Positions 11,777 to 23,863 of a stretch of 64,000 bases of DNA are shown here, in pieces (within the stretch, counting starts at the first letter, position 1; every line of letters begins with the position of its first letter). Source of the DNA: Antedon mediterranea (taxonomy: Eukaryota > Animalia > Echinodermata); assembly GCF_964355755.1 (NCBI RefSeq), contig NC_092675.1, positions 11,465,812 through 11,529,811 of the forward strand, in the 5' to 3' direction. The notes under the pieces are model-generated. The model ran no database searches and was not told where the DNA came from. It saw only the letters and a list, made by a program, of their open reading frames with translations. A program made the translations under genes and the position numbers.

Positions 11777-11902
11777 GTTTACCAGTGGTGGAGCAATATA
11801 GCAAGACAGCCATACCCATCAACACTCTATATCACCTTGAAACCAATCACTACACCTGGTAATGTAGAACCTGCATTTAGATCAATGTTTGCAACTCAAA
11901 AG
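11777..11902 (+). CDS. AHI1: AHI1 exon (VYQWWSNIARQPYPSTLYITLKPITTPGNVEPAFRSMFATQK)
   Basis: tgcag acceptor, gtaaat donor; lies in ORF 11576..11965; matches WW...YPSTLYVT...RSMMALQ. Confidence 0.9.
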
Positions 11903-12167
11903 GTAAATAAAGTGCTATTTTGTGTCTCCAAAAATTGTACCATTGGTCGGCAAAAATGTATGTAGTCTATCTAGTAAATTCAACAAATCCTTAAACTGAA
12001 TCAAAAATACTAAACTTTAGTATATGTAGAATGTGAAAACAAAAATACTGTATATATATTTCTTAATTGTGCTTTATTCAGTTAATAATAAATGAATAAA
12101 TAATATATAAAATGTGAAAAAGTTTAATCTAAAAGGGATACCAAAGAATAAGATGTAAATAAATTAA

Positions 12168-12926
12168 AGACACTGCCTTTTTGTAAAAATAAATACTACA
12201 CTGTATGTTTCTATTGGGATAATTTCTATGGTCTTTAAAACAGTGAAAAATAAGTTGATCCTATTAAATACCAGCAAAAATTGCGCTTGGTATTGATATT
12301 TTAATTTTGCTTTTGTGATGCATTCGATTTTGGTGCGATAGTGTAGATCATAAATAAACAATAATGGATACCAGGTCTGCCAATAAGAAAAATCAATTTA
12401 TCAACGAGACAACACCAATCTAGACTAGGGTACGATGTTCGTACATTACCGCTGTTATTACCATCAAGGCCTACAAAACTAATGTCTAAGCCTAATTTCA
12501 ATGCGCAAACTATTTAGGTAGTCATTTATGTAAATCATAATTTCCGTAGAATGTACATTTAAGAAATGAACTGGTTTAATGTGAGCGAGTGGTCGAGCAG
12601 TTAAGACAGCGGAACTATAATCTATAGCCATAATATCCTTGGTTCTGGTGGTAGAACAAGTCTTCTTGGATAAAGAGTGTAAACAGTAGGTCCAGTCTAC
12701 ACTGGCTCTTGTGCACTTTAAAGAAGCTAGTACATCTTTCTTGTCAAGTAGGGGGTTTGTGTACTAGTTCACACAGCCACTGTTGTGGGCAGACGAATGG
12801 GTGCTAGAATTGGCAACACTGACATAACGTAACCCTTAGGGGAAGAGCATGTAGTTGAAAAGTGTAATATTTACAGTAAGTCCACAGCGCCATGAGCAAT
12901 GATCATTGGAATTGCAGGGAGTGTCT
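12168..12926. mobile_element. Kolobok-like non-autonomous element containing a decayed Deu/Nin-core SINE (~12582-12890)
   Basis: TTAA-AGACACTGCC ... GGGAGTGTCT-TTAA; internal segment homologous to the SINE at 2596. Confidence 0.5.
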
Positions 12927-13193
12927 TTAAAGTTCCAAAAAGATGAATAAGAAGAGAAATTTAGTTTTTCTATCAATATAATTACAAATCATAAAAGCAT
13001 GCCCGACCACCAAATCATCATTATGTTGCATGACATGATCTTACAAATAATCTCAAATAATGAATATTTATGGGTTGGATGGTAAGAATTGAGTTGAATT
13101 ATTGACTGCTCTATTTAATGAGGCGGAGCCAAGTTAAATTAAGTTGCAATCAGTTGTGTTATTATCATCAATACCAATTATATCCTCTTATAG

Positions 13194-13264
13194 GAACAGG
13201 GAAGAATGACATACAAAGAACTAAAGAAGACTTTGGATGGACGTAGGAAAGGTCAACATTTTGA
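13194..13264 (+). CDS. AHI1: AHI1 exon (EQGRMTYKELKKTLDGRRKGQHF-E)
   Basis: ttatag acceptor, gtaagt donor; phase 0-2 links the 11777 and 17326 exons in frame. Confidence 0.8.
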
Positions 13265-13478
13265 GTAAGTGATCTGATAATATAAATACACTAAGTGCTG
13301 TTTAAGAGTATTAACTGGAATTTATTGGAAAGGTTACCCTCTTTAAATAAAGTCAAAATATAAAAGAAATGCAGCTAATTATATTTGTACATACTGTTTA
13401 CTGTATATCCCATTTTTTCCGCGACCCAACATTTTTGCTGATTTTATTTAATGTTTACATCTGGACAAAACAATTTAA

Positions 13479-16400
13479 GAGCCATTGTCTGTAAGAATCA
13501 AAGAAATATCAAAAAGAGTGGCAGACTCAAAAAAATGGATTTCTTTCAAATTTTGCACATGGCTATATATGTGTTGAGAGAAATCAAATATGAAGTATTT
13601 TTTTTTTCACACGTATATTTCCATGGCAACGGCCAAATTTGTGTTTTTGACAAATTTTGTCCTTTTTTAACGTTTTTTAAAATGGATATTGGTACTACTT
13701 TGATGAACGATATTTTTGTTTTGTTCATTTAATTATAAAAAATAATTAGTTTATGCATAATAACAATGCATTGTGTACCTGTTTCAAATTTTTAAATTTT
13801 TTTTTATTTCATACTTTGGGAGATACCATTTATTTAAAAAGGGGTGTTTTTCACTTTTTTTAAATTGTTCAATGCAACTAAACTTTACTTCACCATAACG
13901 CCCAAAGTGGTGTATTTTTTTAGCTGATTTATTACAAATAGGTAGTTCTAATGTTTAATAATTGATTTCTAAAATAAAATACTGGGGTAAATTTAAAATC
14001 TACAAGCAGTGTTGCGAGAAACCTAGGCATTTTTATAAAAAAAAAACATGGTATATTAGTAAAAACATTTTATTTTCTTTGATTATTTGATTTGAAACTC
14101 ATTGGTCAGAAAAATTCTTAATGTTTTATATAGTTCTAGTTTTGTTGTGAGAAATCTAATTATAGATTCTGCATTTCCCAGTTCTAATGTCATTTTATAG
14201 GTTATATCCTCTGGAAATTTGAATAAATTATCAGATCGTTGTGAATTTTAATCTTTGCAACAGATTACTCCTCTCTTATTTTGAAGCTCCTCTTTCATTT
14301 GTTTACTTCTTTTATTTGCTAACCTAAGCAGATCCCACATGACCATCTACCACCACTTTCGACTACCACCCCTCCCCCCCCCCCACCACGACTATAACCA
14401 CAAAAAGATAAACTGCAACACTTTGGTCGATCATCCACTATAGAGTGTCAAGTGCATGCATTTCAAGCACCACCCACACTGCCGCTACTATCGCTCCAAT
14501 GAATAGACGGATTCAAACTCCTCCATCCCACCCCCTCCCCCTTTCTCCAAGCCCCCACCCACCCCAAGTTAAAAATTGCAATGCAAAAGATAGGACATAA
14601 AGTTAAGTTTTTAGACCCTCGCCTTCAACCCCCTAACTATTTAAAAGTCCTGGATCCACCACTTTCCCCTCCCCAAAATAGAACCAATCAAAAGTCAATG
14701 ATATACTCAGGTATGTTAATGCTACATAACAAATATTGAAGCCCTGATTTGAAATTTCATTTAAGGTCAGTATGTAAAATATCACACTTTATTATTAAAT
14801 ATTGGTTTTAAATTCTATATTTTTTTTACTGTGAAATTATTTAATTTCCCTTAGTTATGCATAGCAACAGTTACTATGGTAACTAAAATTGAGATATTCT
14901 TTAGATTTTGCATATTTATCTTATACAAATTAAAATTTGTAGATTATTAGCAGGCATGCCTTATTTGCATTTTCAAATTACCGTTTCACAAGGTCATATT
15001 CGTAAGCACTTTCTTCTGTGATTATTTTTATTCATGAAAACCCCATATTTTATTTACAGCGGCCACCTCCCTTAACGGACGCACTTTGAAAAGCCTGTTT
15101 GTTCTTCCTATCTAATTAGTGCATTTGGTGCTTACCGTAAGCAGCTGCGGGCACCTTTTTATACTGAAAATGAGATTTTTTGTAAGCGGCCAATCGAAAA
15201 ATGTGATACTTATTGCATGGACCTATGAATTAGAGGTGCATGTTTATTGTATTTCTTTATATATTAGCTTTATTTTGAAGAGGTTTTAAAAACATTACTG
15301 TGAAGAGATGAGAAAACTACACAGATTTTGTCTGAAAATGCTAAAAAATACTAAACCACCTGATTATAAATAATAATAGGCCTACAATTATAAGCGGTCA
15401 CTTTTCCAGGTCCTGAGGGTGGCCACTTACGGGAGGTTCAACTGTATTTAAAAAAACAATTATCCTTAGTTATCCATAGAAACAGGTTCTAACACAACAT
15501 AAATAATACATTTTGGCATAACTTGACCCAACAAATGACCCTTTCACAAGGTCAGACATTTTCTGGGATTCAGTAGATAAGTAAATTTGGGAAAAGGTAG
15601 TAAAGCTATGTTATCAATTGTTTGTAGTCATGAAACCCCATATTAAAAATATTGTACTTAGTTACGTATAGAAACAGTTGCTACAATACACTATAGGTAA
15701 AATGTTGATGTCATTTGACCTCAATATGTAAACAATTTTTTTTTCATGAAAACTCCATATTTAATTTTTTTTTTTTTTTAAATATCATTAGTTACGTAAA
15801 CAGGTTTAAGATAACACTAAAGGTCATTTTTTTACCTTTATTCAAATTCGTCAAGACTTTCTTTCTGAGATTATTAGGATTCAGTATTTAAAGTAAATTT
15901 GGCAAAAAGTAGAAATGTAAAACAATGTAGAAAAAATGTTTTGTATTTATGGAAAACCCCTTATTTTTTTTGAAATTTTCGCATAGAAACAGTTACTATG
16001 GTAAAATTTTGACCTCAAAATGAATGAATTTACAAGGTCAAGTTTGTCATTAATGGAATGCAGTAGAAGTAAAATTGAGAAAAATTACAAATGCAATCAA
16101 TTCTTTGTATTTATAAAAACGCCATTTTTAACGTTTTAAAAAAAATTACTTTTCTTAGTTACACATAGAAATGGTTGCTAAGGTAACACTATAGGTAAAA
16201 TATGAAAATTGTTGAGAATTGTTATGAACTATCTTGTAAATTTTGATCAAACATTAATAGTTGTAGTAAAGTGGGGACCTGTCCTGTTTTGCATTCTGAC
16301 CCCTTTGACCTCAAATGACCTATTTACAAGGTCAGATTTTTTGGGAGGTCTTTCTGTATCTCTTTACACAAAAGAGATTTAAAATTTATAAAACCATTGA

Positions 16401-17156
16401 CGCAGTTATTTCCAAGTTTAACATTATTTTCCATCAACTAAATATTTCAATGCAAATTACTGTTTTTCTGGCAATTAATTGAAATAAACCTGGCAACATT
16501 CTTCTATTTTATCTAAACTATTCGTATGACTCTAGTAGCATTATGACAAGCCACATATACATTTTATTATTGGATTAGCCATATTTAAATTGTGTTTCAT
16601 GTGTTTTGTTTGTTGATATTTTGTTATATTTTTTGTATTTTTCGTATTTTCCTGGCAACACAAAACCTATGTACGAAATTTACCCCAGTGTTTTTTTCGT
16701 GATTATTGTTGACAAACCTATTGACTATCAAATTAAAAAACCTCATTGATTTAAAAACATGAGGTATACTTTTATAAAAAAAATATTTTTTAAAAATACC
16801 CCTTTTTAAAATAATGGTATCAACCAAACTCCATTTTGTAATTTATTTTTTTTCTACATTAAATGGAACTCAATACATGTTGTTTACACTGCTATAAACA
16901 AAAACTGTATACTGTAAGTATTTTTGGTTAAAATAAGTATACAAGTTTGTACTTTTTCACTATAGAAAATCTGTGAAAAATGGCAAAAACATCAAAATTT
17001 GGATAATTGACCGTTGTCATGGCAACGGAGGCTAAAAATTAAAATGAATGTTGTAGATATGCTTTTTATTGAAATGTCTATTCATGGTAAAAATTTGAGA
17101 GAAATCCATTTTTTTACATCTGCCACCAAATCTTTGATTTTTACAGACAATGGCTC
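13479..17156. mobile_element. Non-autonomous Sola3-like long-TIR element
   Basis: TTAA-GAGCCATTGTCTGTAA ... TTACAGACAATGGCTC-TTAA; degenerate TIRs of several hundred bp; internal degenerate tandem repeats. Confidence 0.7.
15057..15444. mobile_element. Tc1/mariner (pogo-like) MITE, left end partly deleted
   Basis: TA-CAG...ggtggccacttacgggaggttcaaCTG-TA; gcggccacctccctt mirrors the right end. Confidence 0.6.
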
Positions 17157-17325
17157 TTAATTGGTGATCATAAATGTTGGAAAAATTCACTTAATGGCTT
17201 GAGTAATCTCAAATAGATCAATAATCTATAATACTATACAGTAATGATATCTCATTTCATGGTGGTTGCAACACAATGATTTTGGCTTATACTGTATTTA
17301 ATTTAGCTTTTGATTGATTTTACAG

Positions 17326-17506
17326 AGAAAAAAATCCAACAAATTGGAGTCGTTTACCTGGACAAATGTGTAGAATCCCAAACAAGCTGATGTTATCTCT
17401 AGCTGGTGGTAAGAAAGGTTGTTTTGTTATCAAGTTCTCTCATGATGGCCGTGGAATTGTTTGCTGTTGCAAAGACAAGTCTGGATACCCATTACTGGTA
17501 TATGAT
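17326..17506 (+). CDS. AHI1: AHI1 exon (EKNPTNWSRLPGQMCRIPNK...GYPLLVYD), first WD40
   Basis: tttacag acceptor, gtaagt donor; overlaps ORF 17366..17569. Confidence 0.93.
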
Positions 17507-17997
17507 GTAAGTATTTTTATAATACAGGACCGACTAATTAATTCTACGCTAATTGTTCCCTTTTCTTAGCGTGACAAAATGTTACCAATGTATGTTGATG
17601 TCGAAAGTTTTTTAGCAGAAAAATTGCATAAAAAACAACTTTAACTAATTTAGCAACTTAAAATATCCTGTTCAATAATATCTATCTAATATTTTTTATG
17701 AATTTTAATTGGTATGTGAAAGGGTGATTTTTTTCAAGGAGCTAAACACAAAATCATATAAAATCTATAAAACAAATTTTAAACTAGCAAAAATTATCTA
17801 TTAAAAGCTAATTACAATTTAATGGTAGCTATCCCAACATTCTAGCTAAAAATGTATAAAGATTGCTCTAAAGACAGTGAGAAGTACTTGGAAGGAAAAT
17901 CAACCTGCATCTAAGCAAGCTATGCATGTGAAATCAATGTATGCATGGCAAAACAGACATGACAATGAATTACTGTAGGGTTCGACTTTTATTATAG

Positions 17998-18113
17998 ATT
18001 CCATCTGGTGATATGCGCTGTGAGTTTTCAGGTCACTATGGTGTCATATATGATGTTTGTTGGTCTTTATCAGATGACGAACTGCTATCAGCATCTTCCG
18101 ACGGAACAGCACG
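17998..18113 (+). CDS. AHI1: AHI1 exon (IPSGDMRCEFSGHYGVIYDVCWSLSDDELLSASSDGTAR)
   Basis: ttatag acceptor, gtaggt donor; WD40 repeat. Confidence 0.93.
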
Positions 18114-18489
18114 GTAGGTTATAATTAAGTGATCATTATTAGATTTATTATCCAGCTTGTTTTTGGTTTGCTAGCTCTTTGCTGTATTTCCATTTCTTCT
18201 AATTCAAATCTTTTGTTACAACAACATAAATAATATTTATGAATGAAAAATGTTGTATTTATTAGACAATAAGTTTGTTGCTTCAATATATGATTTTTCA
18301 AAATAAAATTCTACTCTCTTATGTCAAGCAACGCACATAATCGGGACTGTAATGTAAATACATTTTTTTCATTTTTATTTTTAAGTTGAATCATTTAAAT
18401 ATTGATTTATCTAAAAGGTAATTTCATTTTATCATTCCATTCTTTCATTTCCATGAGTATGAAGATTATGGGTGTTTTTTTTTTTATAG

Positions 18490-18658
18490 AATTTGGAACC
18501 TTGCATCTCCTAGTGGAGTGGCAAACAAGGTGTTTCCTCATCCTAGCTATGTATATGCTGCAAAATTCCACCCAGCCCAAAGCAACATTGTTGCCACTGG
18601 ATGCTTTGACCATATCATACGCTTTTGGAATGCATACAACACTGGTATCAATGGGGAG
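18490..18658 (+). CDS. AHI1: AHI1 exon (IWNLASPSGVANKVFPHPSYVYAAKFHP...NGE)
   Basis: tttatag acceptor, gtaaat donor; overlaps ORF 18518..18706. Confidence 0.93.
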
Positions 18659-18868
18659 GTAAATCTGAGAGAGTTTATGATTGTTGACTTTCTTTTTTTA
18701 TTCTAAATACCAATAAAAACTGAAAGCCCTCCTAAAAATGTAATTTTAAACATCATTTATTTTGTTGAGGAAGTTTTTTCATTGAGGAAAAAGGTATATT
18801 ATAAATAAAGTGATTGAAGGGAAAAATACATGATAACGGTTTAAATATTAAGCACTCTAAGATGCAAA

Positions 18869-20596
18869 TAGCTAGATCAACTTTCGTATGCACTTTGAGG
18901 TCCAGAGAATTTGACTTCAGAAATTGGTTTAGGGTGGTCAAACAATCGTATTTGGCTTGGTTACACATTTTGAAAATGTGGCGAAAGGTCAAAAGGTCAA
19001 AGTGAAAGGTCATAAGACCAAACATAAATATGTCCAGGGCATGTATGTATCTCCGTAACTACTGGTCGTAGACACTTGAATTTGGTTTTAAATTGTTCGA
19101 AATATATGTTTTGTTATTTGTTACACATTTTGAAAAATGTTACAAAAGGTCAAAGGATCATGGTCAAGGGTTATTTGAACAAATAAAAAAAGGTACTTTT
19201 ATCTCGGCAACCACTGTTCGCAGCAAGTCACTTTTGGTCTCAAAATGTTCAGAAGGCATGCTTTTATATTCCATCTAATGGGGCATTTTAGTCAAAAATG
19301 ATAAGAAATGCCATTTCTGACCTTTGACCCACATACCAGGGCATCTTCATATCTCTGTAAGTACAGGTCGTAGAAACTTAAATTTGGTATCAAATTGTTC
19401 GAAATATACATATTTACATTCAATGTAATAGAAAATGTGGTTAAAAGATGAACAGAAATACTCTTACTAATGTTTCAAACAAAAAACATATCTACACAAC
19501 TTATCCTTAGACAGTAATGTTATGCAATAACTGATACTTTAAATTGTTTTAATTTCAAGTACTAGTTATTGCTGTCCCCGAGGACATTTTGATAGAAACG
19601 TTAAGCTCAACAGTTCTTTTCAGAATGCCAGAAGTAACTTGCCATATGTATCCGATTAAACGCCCCAGGCATTTATTGTTCAAAATGGTTTTTAGGGGGA
19701 AAGGAGGCATCTTTATTTGGGGTATAATATGGTAACATGTATAAATACCACCTAGATGTAAAAAAATACTGCACAATTAATATCAAAAAGTGATAAAATT
19801 ATGTCAAAATGCTTGGTAAATTGTAGATTATGGTAGTTAATGAAATGTGTTGACGTGATACAATTATTGTGTAAATGCATGTGGCGGGGCGTTTATTCCA
19901 CATGGTGTTCTATTTGAGGGAATGGTGGCGTTTATTTGAAGGAATACTCTAATTTTAATAATTGTATTTCGTTTCTCAACTGATAAAAGGTACTTTACAT
20001 GATTCGTTTTCCTCTTTATGCTTTTTAACGAAATGTTTCTGTCTTTTAAAATAAAAGTGATAGATTCCATTATGGATCTTCACCTCCAGGTGCCAGTATA
20101 ATGATATAAAACAATGACACATCATTATCCTGACACGATTGCACTCATAATGGATCTTCATTCTATCATCTATTTGTTTGTAACTACAATTTGACAAAAA
20201 TCTTTTGCATAGTTTTAAATGCCAATACATAGTTTCATTACTATTGTACAATATGTCCAGCTTTCCTGAAAACACCCTTGTGTACTGTAGTACAGTGTTG
20301 TAGTATGATTTTATCATGATAAACTTCTGATGCTTTTATTGTCAATGCATTCAGTACCTAAAACATGTCAAAGTTTCTAGTGGTATTGATAATAAATCTC
20401 CAGAAATATATATTGTTTTATTATCTACACTGGGAACAGACGTGTATATGTATAAGTTTTGTCGTTGACATTCAAAACTATTATGCAACAGTGTTACGTA
20501 ATAATGACAATGACTTGGTCTATTATTGTGGTCTCCGATACCTTTTATTAGGTTATATGCATTAATGCATATAACCTCTTGATTCTGTCAAAATCT

Positions 20597-20635
<39 letters not shown>

Positions 20636-23145
20636 TTCTTTCCTTAGCACTATTTTGTCCGTGAATTATCTTGGCATCAGTTTCATCTAGCTAAGTCAAG
20701 TTTTCAGAGTATATTCCTTATGGCCAGGAATCGATGTGGTTATATTTTCACGATGCGCAATCAAAAATTACGCGGTCTACGCGCGATTTTACAAAATCAC
20801 GTTCGTAATCTTATCTTCACAAGCATGAATCACAATAAAACAAAATTTGGTACTCATACATTTCAGGTCATATTTCATCATATGGCAATACAATTACGTG
20901 CGTAGCGCATATAACGCTTGTGTACGCGCGCTTAAAATGTTCAAAATTGTCAAAATTTATTTTCGATGAAATTAGAGTACGTTTCAGGCAATTTTAAGCG
21001 TTTAAAAAATTGCGTTAAACGTTAATGCGCAGTCTTTTTGCCCGATTTCTGTTTTACAATCTTTCTTTAATAATATCATCATATTTGATTCACGTTTCAA
21101 CTCGAAATTGCGTTATACGAGCACGTCAAAAGTGACTGACTACGCACGTATAAGTTAACAAAATGGTGAAAATAAGCTAATTTTTAAAATTAATATATAT
21201 CGTCAGAATGCTGGGGAACACCTATTTTTTATTTCATTTTCTTGAAGTGTATGTATCATATGTATGATTTATTATCAAATTAAGAGAACAAAAGTTGATT
21301 AAGTCTTCATTAATTGCATATTAAATTTAAAAAAAATAATTTCGACAATCAAACAAATTATGACATTTTCTTAGGCCGAAATAACAAACTTAACATTAAC
21401 TTTCTTTCTTAAGAAGTTCATATATTAAAGTTAAAAGTATATAGTTTGACAGTGCATCATTTTTTTACATTTTTAAAGATGTCATCATAGTAAAAAATTA
21501 TAATTCATTGCGGTATGTAATAATCTATTTGCACCAAAGTGGTTACTGCATAGTTGATACACGGAGGAATTTTTCTACAACGTTTAGTCAGTTGTGTATG
21601 GCTCGATGGTCTGTGCTCGTGTCTATGGCATTCAAGGTACCGAGATCGAGTCCCACCTTGGGAAACTAAATAAGATTTTTTTTTTATTATCCGTATTGTT
21701 TGTTCAAATTTATTTCTTAGTGTATAGATTATACACATGATTTATAATGAAATCTAGATAAAAAGTAAACTTATGTCTTTATTATTATGTAACAACAAAT
21801 GTGGTTTATGACATTATACGCATATGGATCTTTGATCGGATTGTGATACCGGCTATGGTGGTCGCGTTAGCAAGGTCCTATCATATATTATAAATAATTA
21901 AAGATTCTGACAAAATCAATCAATCAATATATCTTTTAAAAATCAATTATCTTTATTTAAATCAAAGCATATAACCTTTAATTCGTCATAGTGACGAATT
22001 AAATCTAGTTACATGATTGTACTTCCTCCAGGATAGAATGAGGTTTAATCCCGTTATTATTCTTATTATATATATATATTTTTTTTATATATATATCTGG
22101 GGTGTATTTATTTGATTATACATGTTACCATTATTACACCCAACAAAATAAACGCCTTCCCTGAATAAATAAATGCCCGAGGCTTTTATTCGGGTAACTA
22201 CAGTAAATTACTTCTAGCATTCTCAAAATGTTTGAACGTTCGGGGGTCAACAATAATTTCTAGCATTATTATAAGCAAAAGTACAATTATTACAAACAGT
22301 AAAGGATTTGTTTTAATTCCTACAGTATAATGAAATCATTAAGCATTAATTATTGCATAACATTACTGTGTAATGATAAGTTGGGTAGATATGTTTTTCA
22401 TTTAAAAGATTAGTAATTAATAGTATTTATGATCATCTTTTATCCAAATTTTCTGTTAGAATGAATGTAAATATGTGTATTTCTAACAATTTGATACTAA
22501 ATTTAAGTTTCTACGACCTGTACTTAGAGATAAGAAGATGCCCTGGTATGTATGTCAAAGGTCACTAATGTCATTTCCGGTCATTTTTTACTAAAATGTT
22601 TCATTAGACTGAATATGAATGTGTACCTTCTGAACATTTTGAGACCAAAATTTACTCGCTGTGACCAGTGGTTGCCGAGATACAAATACCTATTTGTGTT
22701 TATTCATATAACCCCTGGCCTTGACCTTTTGTAACATTGTTCAAATGTGTAACAAATAACTAAATGTATATTTCGAAAAATTTGAGCCCAAATTCAATTC
22801 TCTACGGCCAATAGTTACGGAGATACAGACATGCCCTGGTTTATGGGTCAAAGGTCAGAAATGGCATTTCCGGTCATTTTCGACTAAAATGTTTCATTAG
22901 ACTGAATATGAATGTATACCTTCTGATCAATTTGAGACCAAAATTACCTCGTTGTGACCAGTGGTTGTCGAGATTTAAGGACATAATGGTGTTTGATCTT
23001 ATAACCTTTGACCCTGACCTTTTGACCTTTCGCCACATTTTCAAAATGTGTAACCAATCCAAAAATAATTGTTTGACCACCCTAAACCAATTTCTGAAGT
23101 CAAATTCTCTGGACCTCAAAGTGCATACGAAAGTTGATCTAGCTA
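18869..23145. mobile_element. Long-TIR non-autonomous DNA element, Academ-like
   Basis: TAGCTAGATCAACTTTCG termini; TIRs ~18869-19540 and ~22340-23145; shares aaggtcaaaggtca motifs with the 50775 element; no clean 3-4 bp TSD, so the superfamily is tentative. Confidence 0.6.
20544..22008 (+). mobile_element. Helentron-associated (HINE/DINE-1-like) non-autonomous element
   Basis: 5' palindrome aggttatatgcattaatgcatataacct, (TTTA)n microsatellite, 3' subTIR gcatataacc, hairpin tttaattcgtca-tag-tgacgaattaaa, then ctag. Confidence 0.75.
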
Positions 23146-23239
23146 CTAGAGTAAAATGAATACTCTTAAAAAAATCAAAACAATAGTGGCCTTATTGTAA
23201 TAAAATCGCAATTTATGCTTCCTTTATATATTATTTCAG

Positions 23240-23381
23240 CTTCTTCAAGAGCTTGATAGCCACAAAGGTCTAGTGAACTGTCTTTGCTTTGCTTTGGATG
23301 GGCAGAAATTATACTCTGGGGACAGCTTAGGTACTCTTATAGTTTGGAAAAATGCATTAACTAGAAGACCAGCTACATCAG
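23240..23381 (+). CDS. AHI1: AHI1 exon (LLQELDSHKGLVNCLCFALDGQKLYSGDSLGTLIVWK...)
   Basis: tttcag acceptor, gtaagc donor; WD40 repeat, phase 0-1. Confidence 0.92.
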
Positions 23382-23863
23382 GTAAGCTGTACCATTAAAA
23401 TAAAGTTCTTATAAAACGTAAAACAAACTACTTGATTTGATTTGATTTATTTCGGCATCGGTACATAAAAAATCACAGACATACAATCAAAAATAGCATA
23501 TATAATAAATCATGAGACATAAGACCGAATAAAACAAGAAGGATGCCAATGATAACTCATAAAAGTCCTCTACGGACCTGTTTCCAATGAGGTCCTTTGA
23601 AAGAATTTAACAGTAAAAAAAAAGAACCGTACAAAATGGAACCAGAACAGGGAGAACAGCAAAAAAAGACATACAATGAAACATGGCCATATGAATAAAA
23701 ATACTAACAATACTAACAAAATATAGATGTAGCGCTTATAAATAGTTTCTAATGAAAGTGTCCGTTCCTGTAGATACTTTTTAACTTTACTTTTAAAACA
23801 ACAAACAGTTTGTAATTCCTAAATGTTAATTGTTAAATTATTCCATTCTTTAATAGCATTGTA

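Noticed and set aside
14350-14680. C-tracts / G-tracts (also 27450-27570) as functional G-quadruplexes
   Set aside because: Low-complexity tracts inside TEs with no independent support.
18753-23159. Mirror-image ORF pairs suggesting a duplicated gene
   Set aside because: They are translations of the two TIRs of one element.
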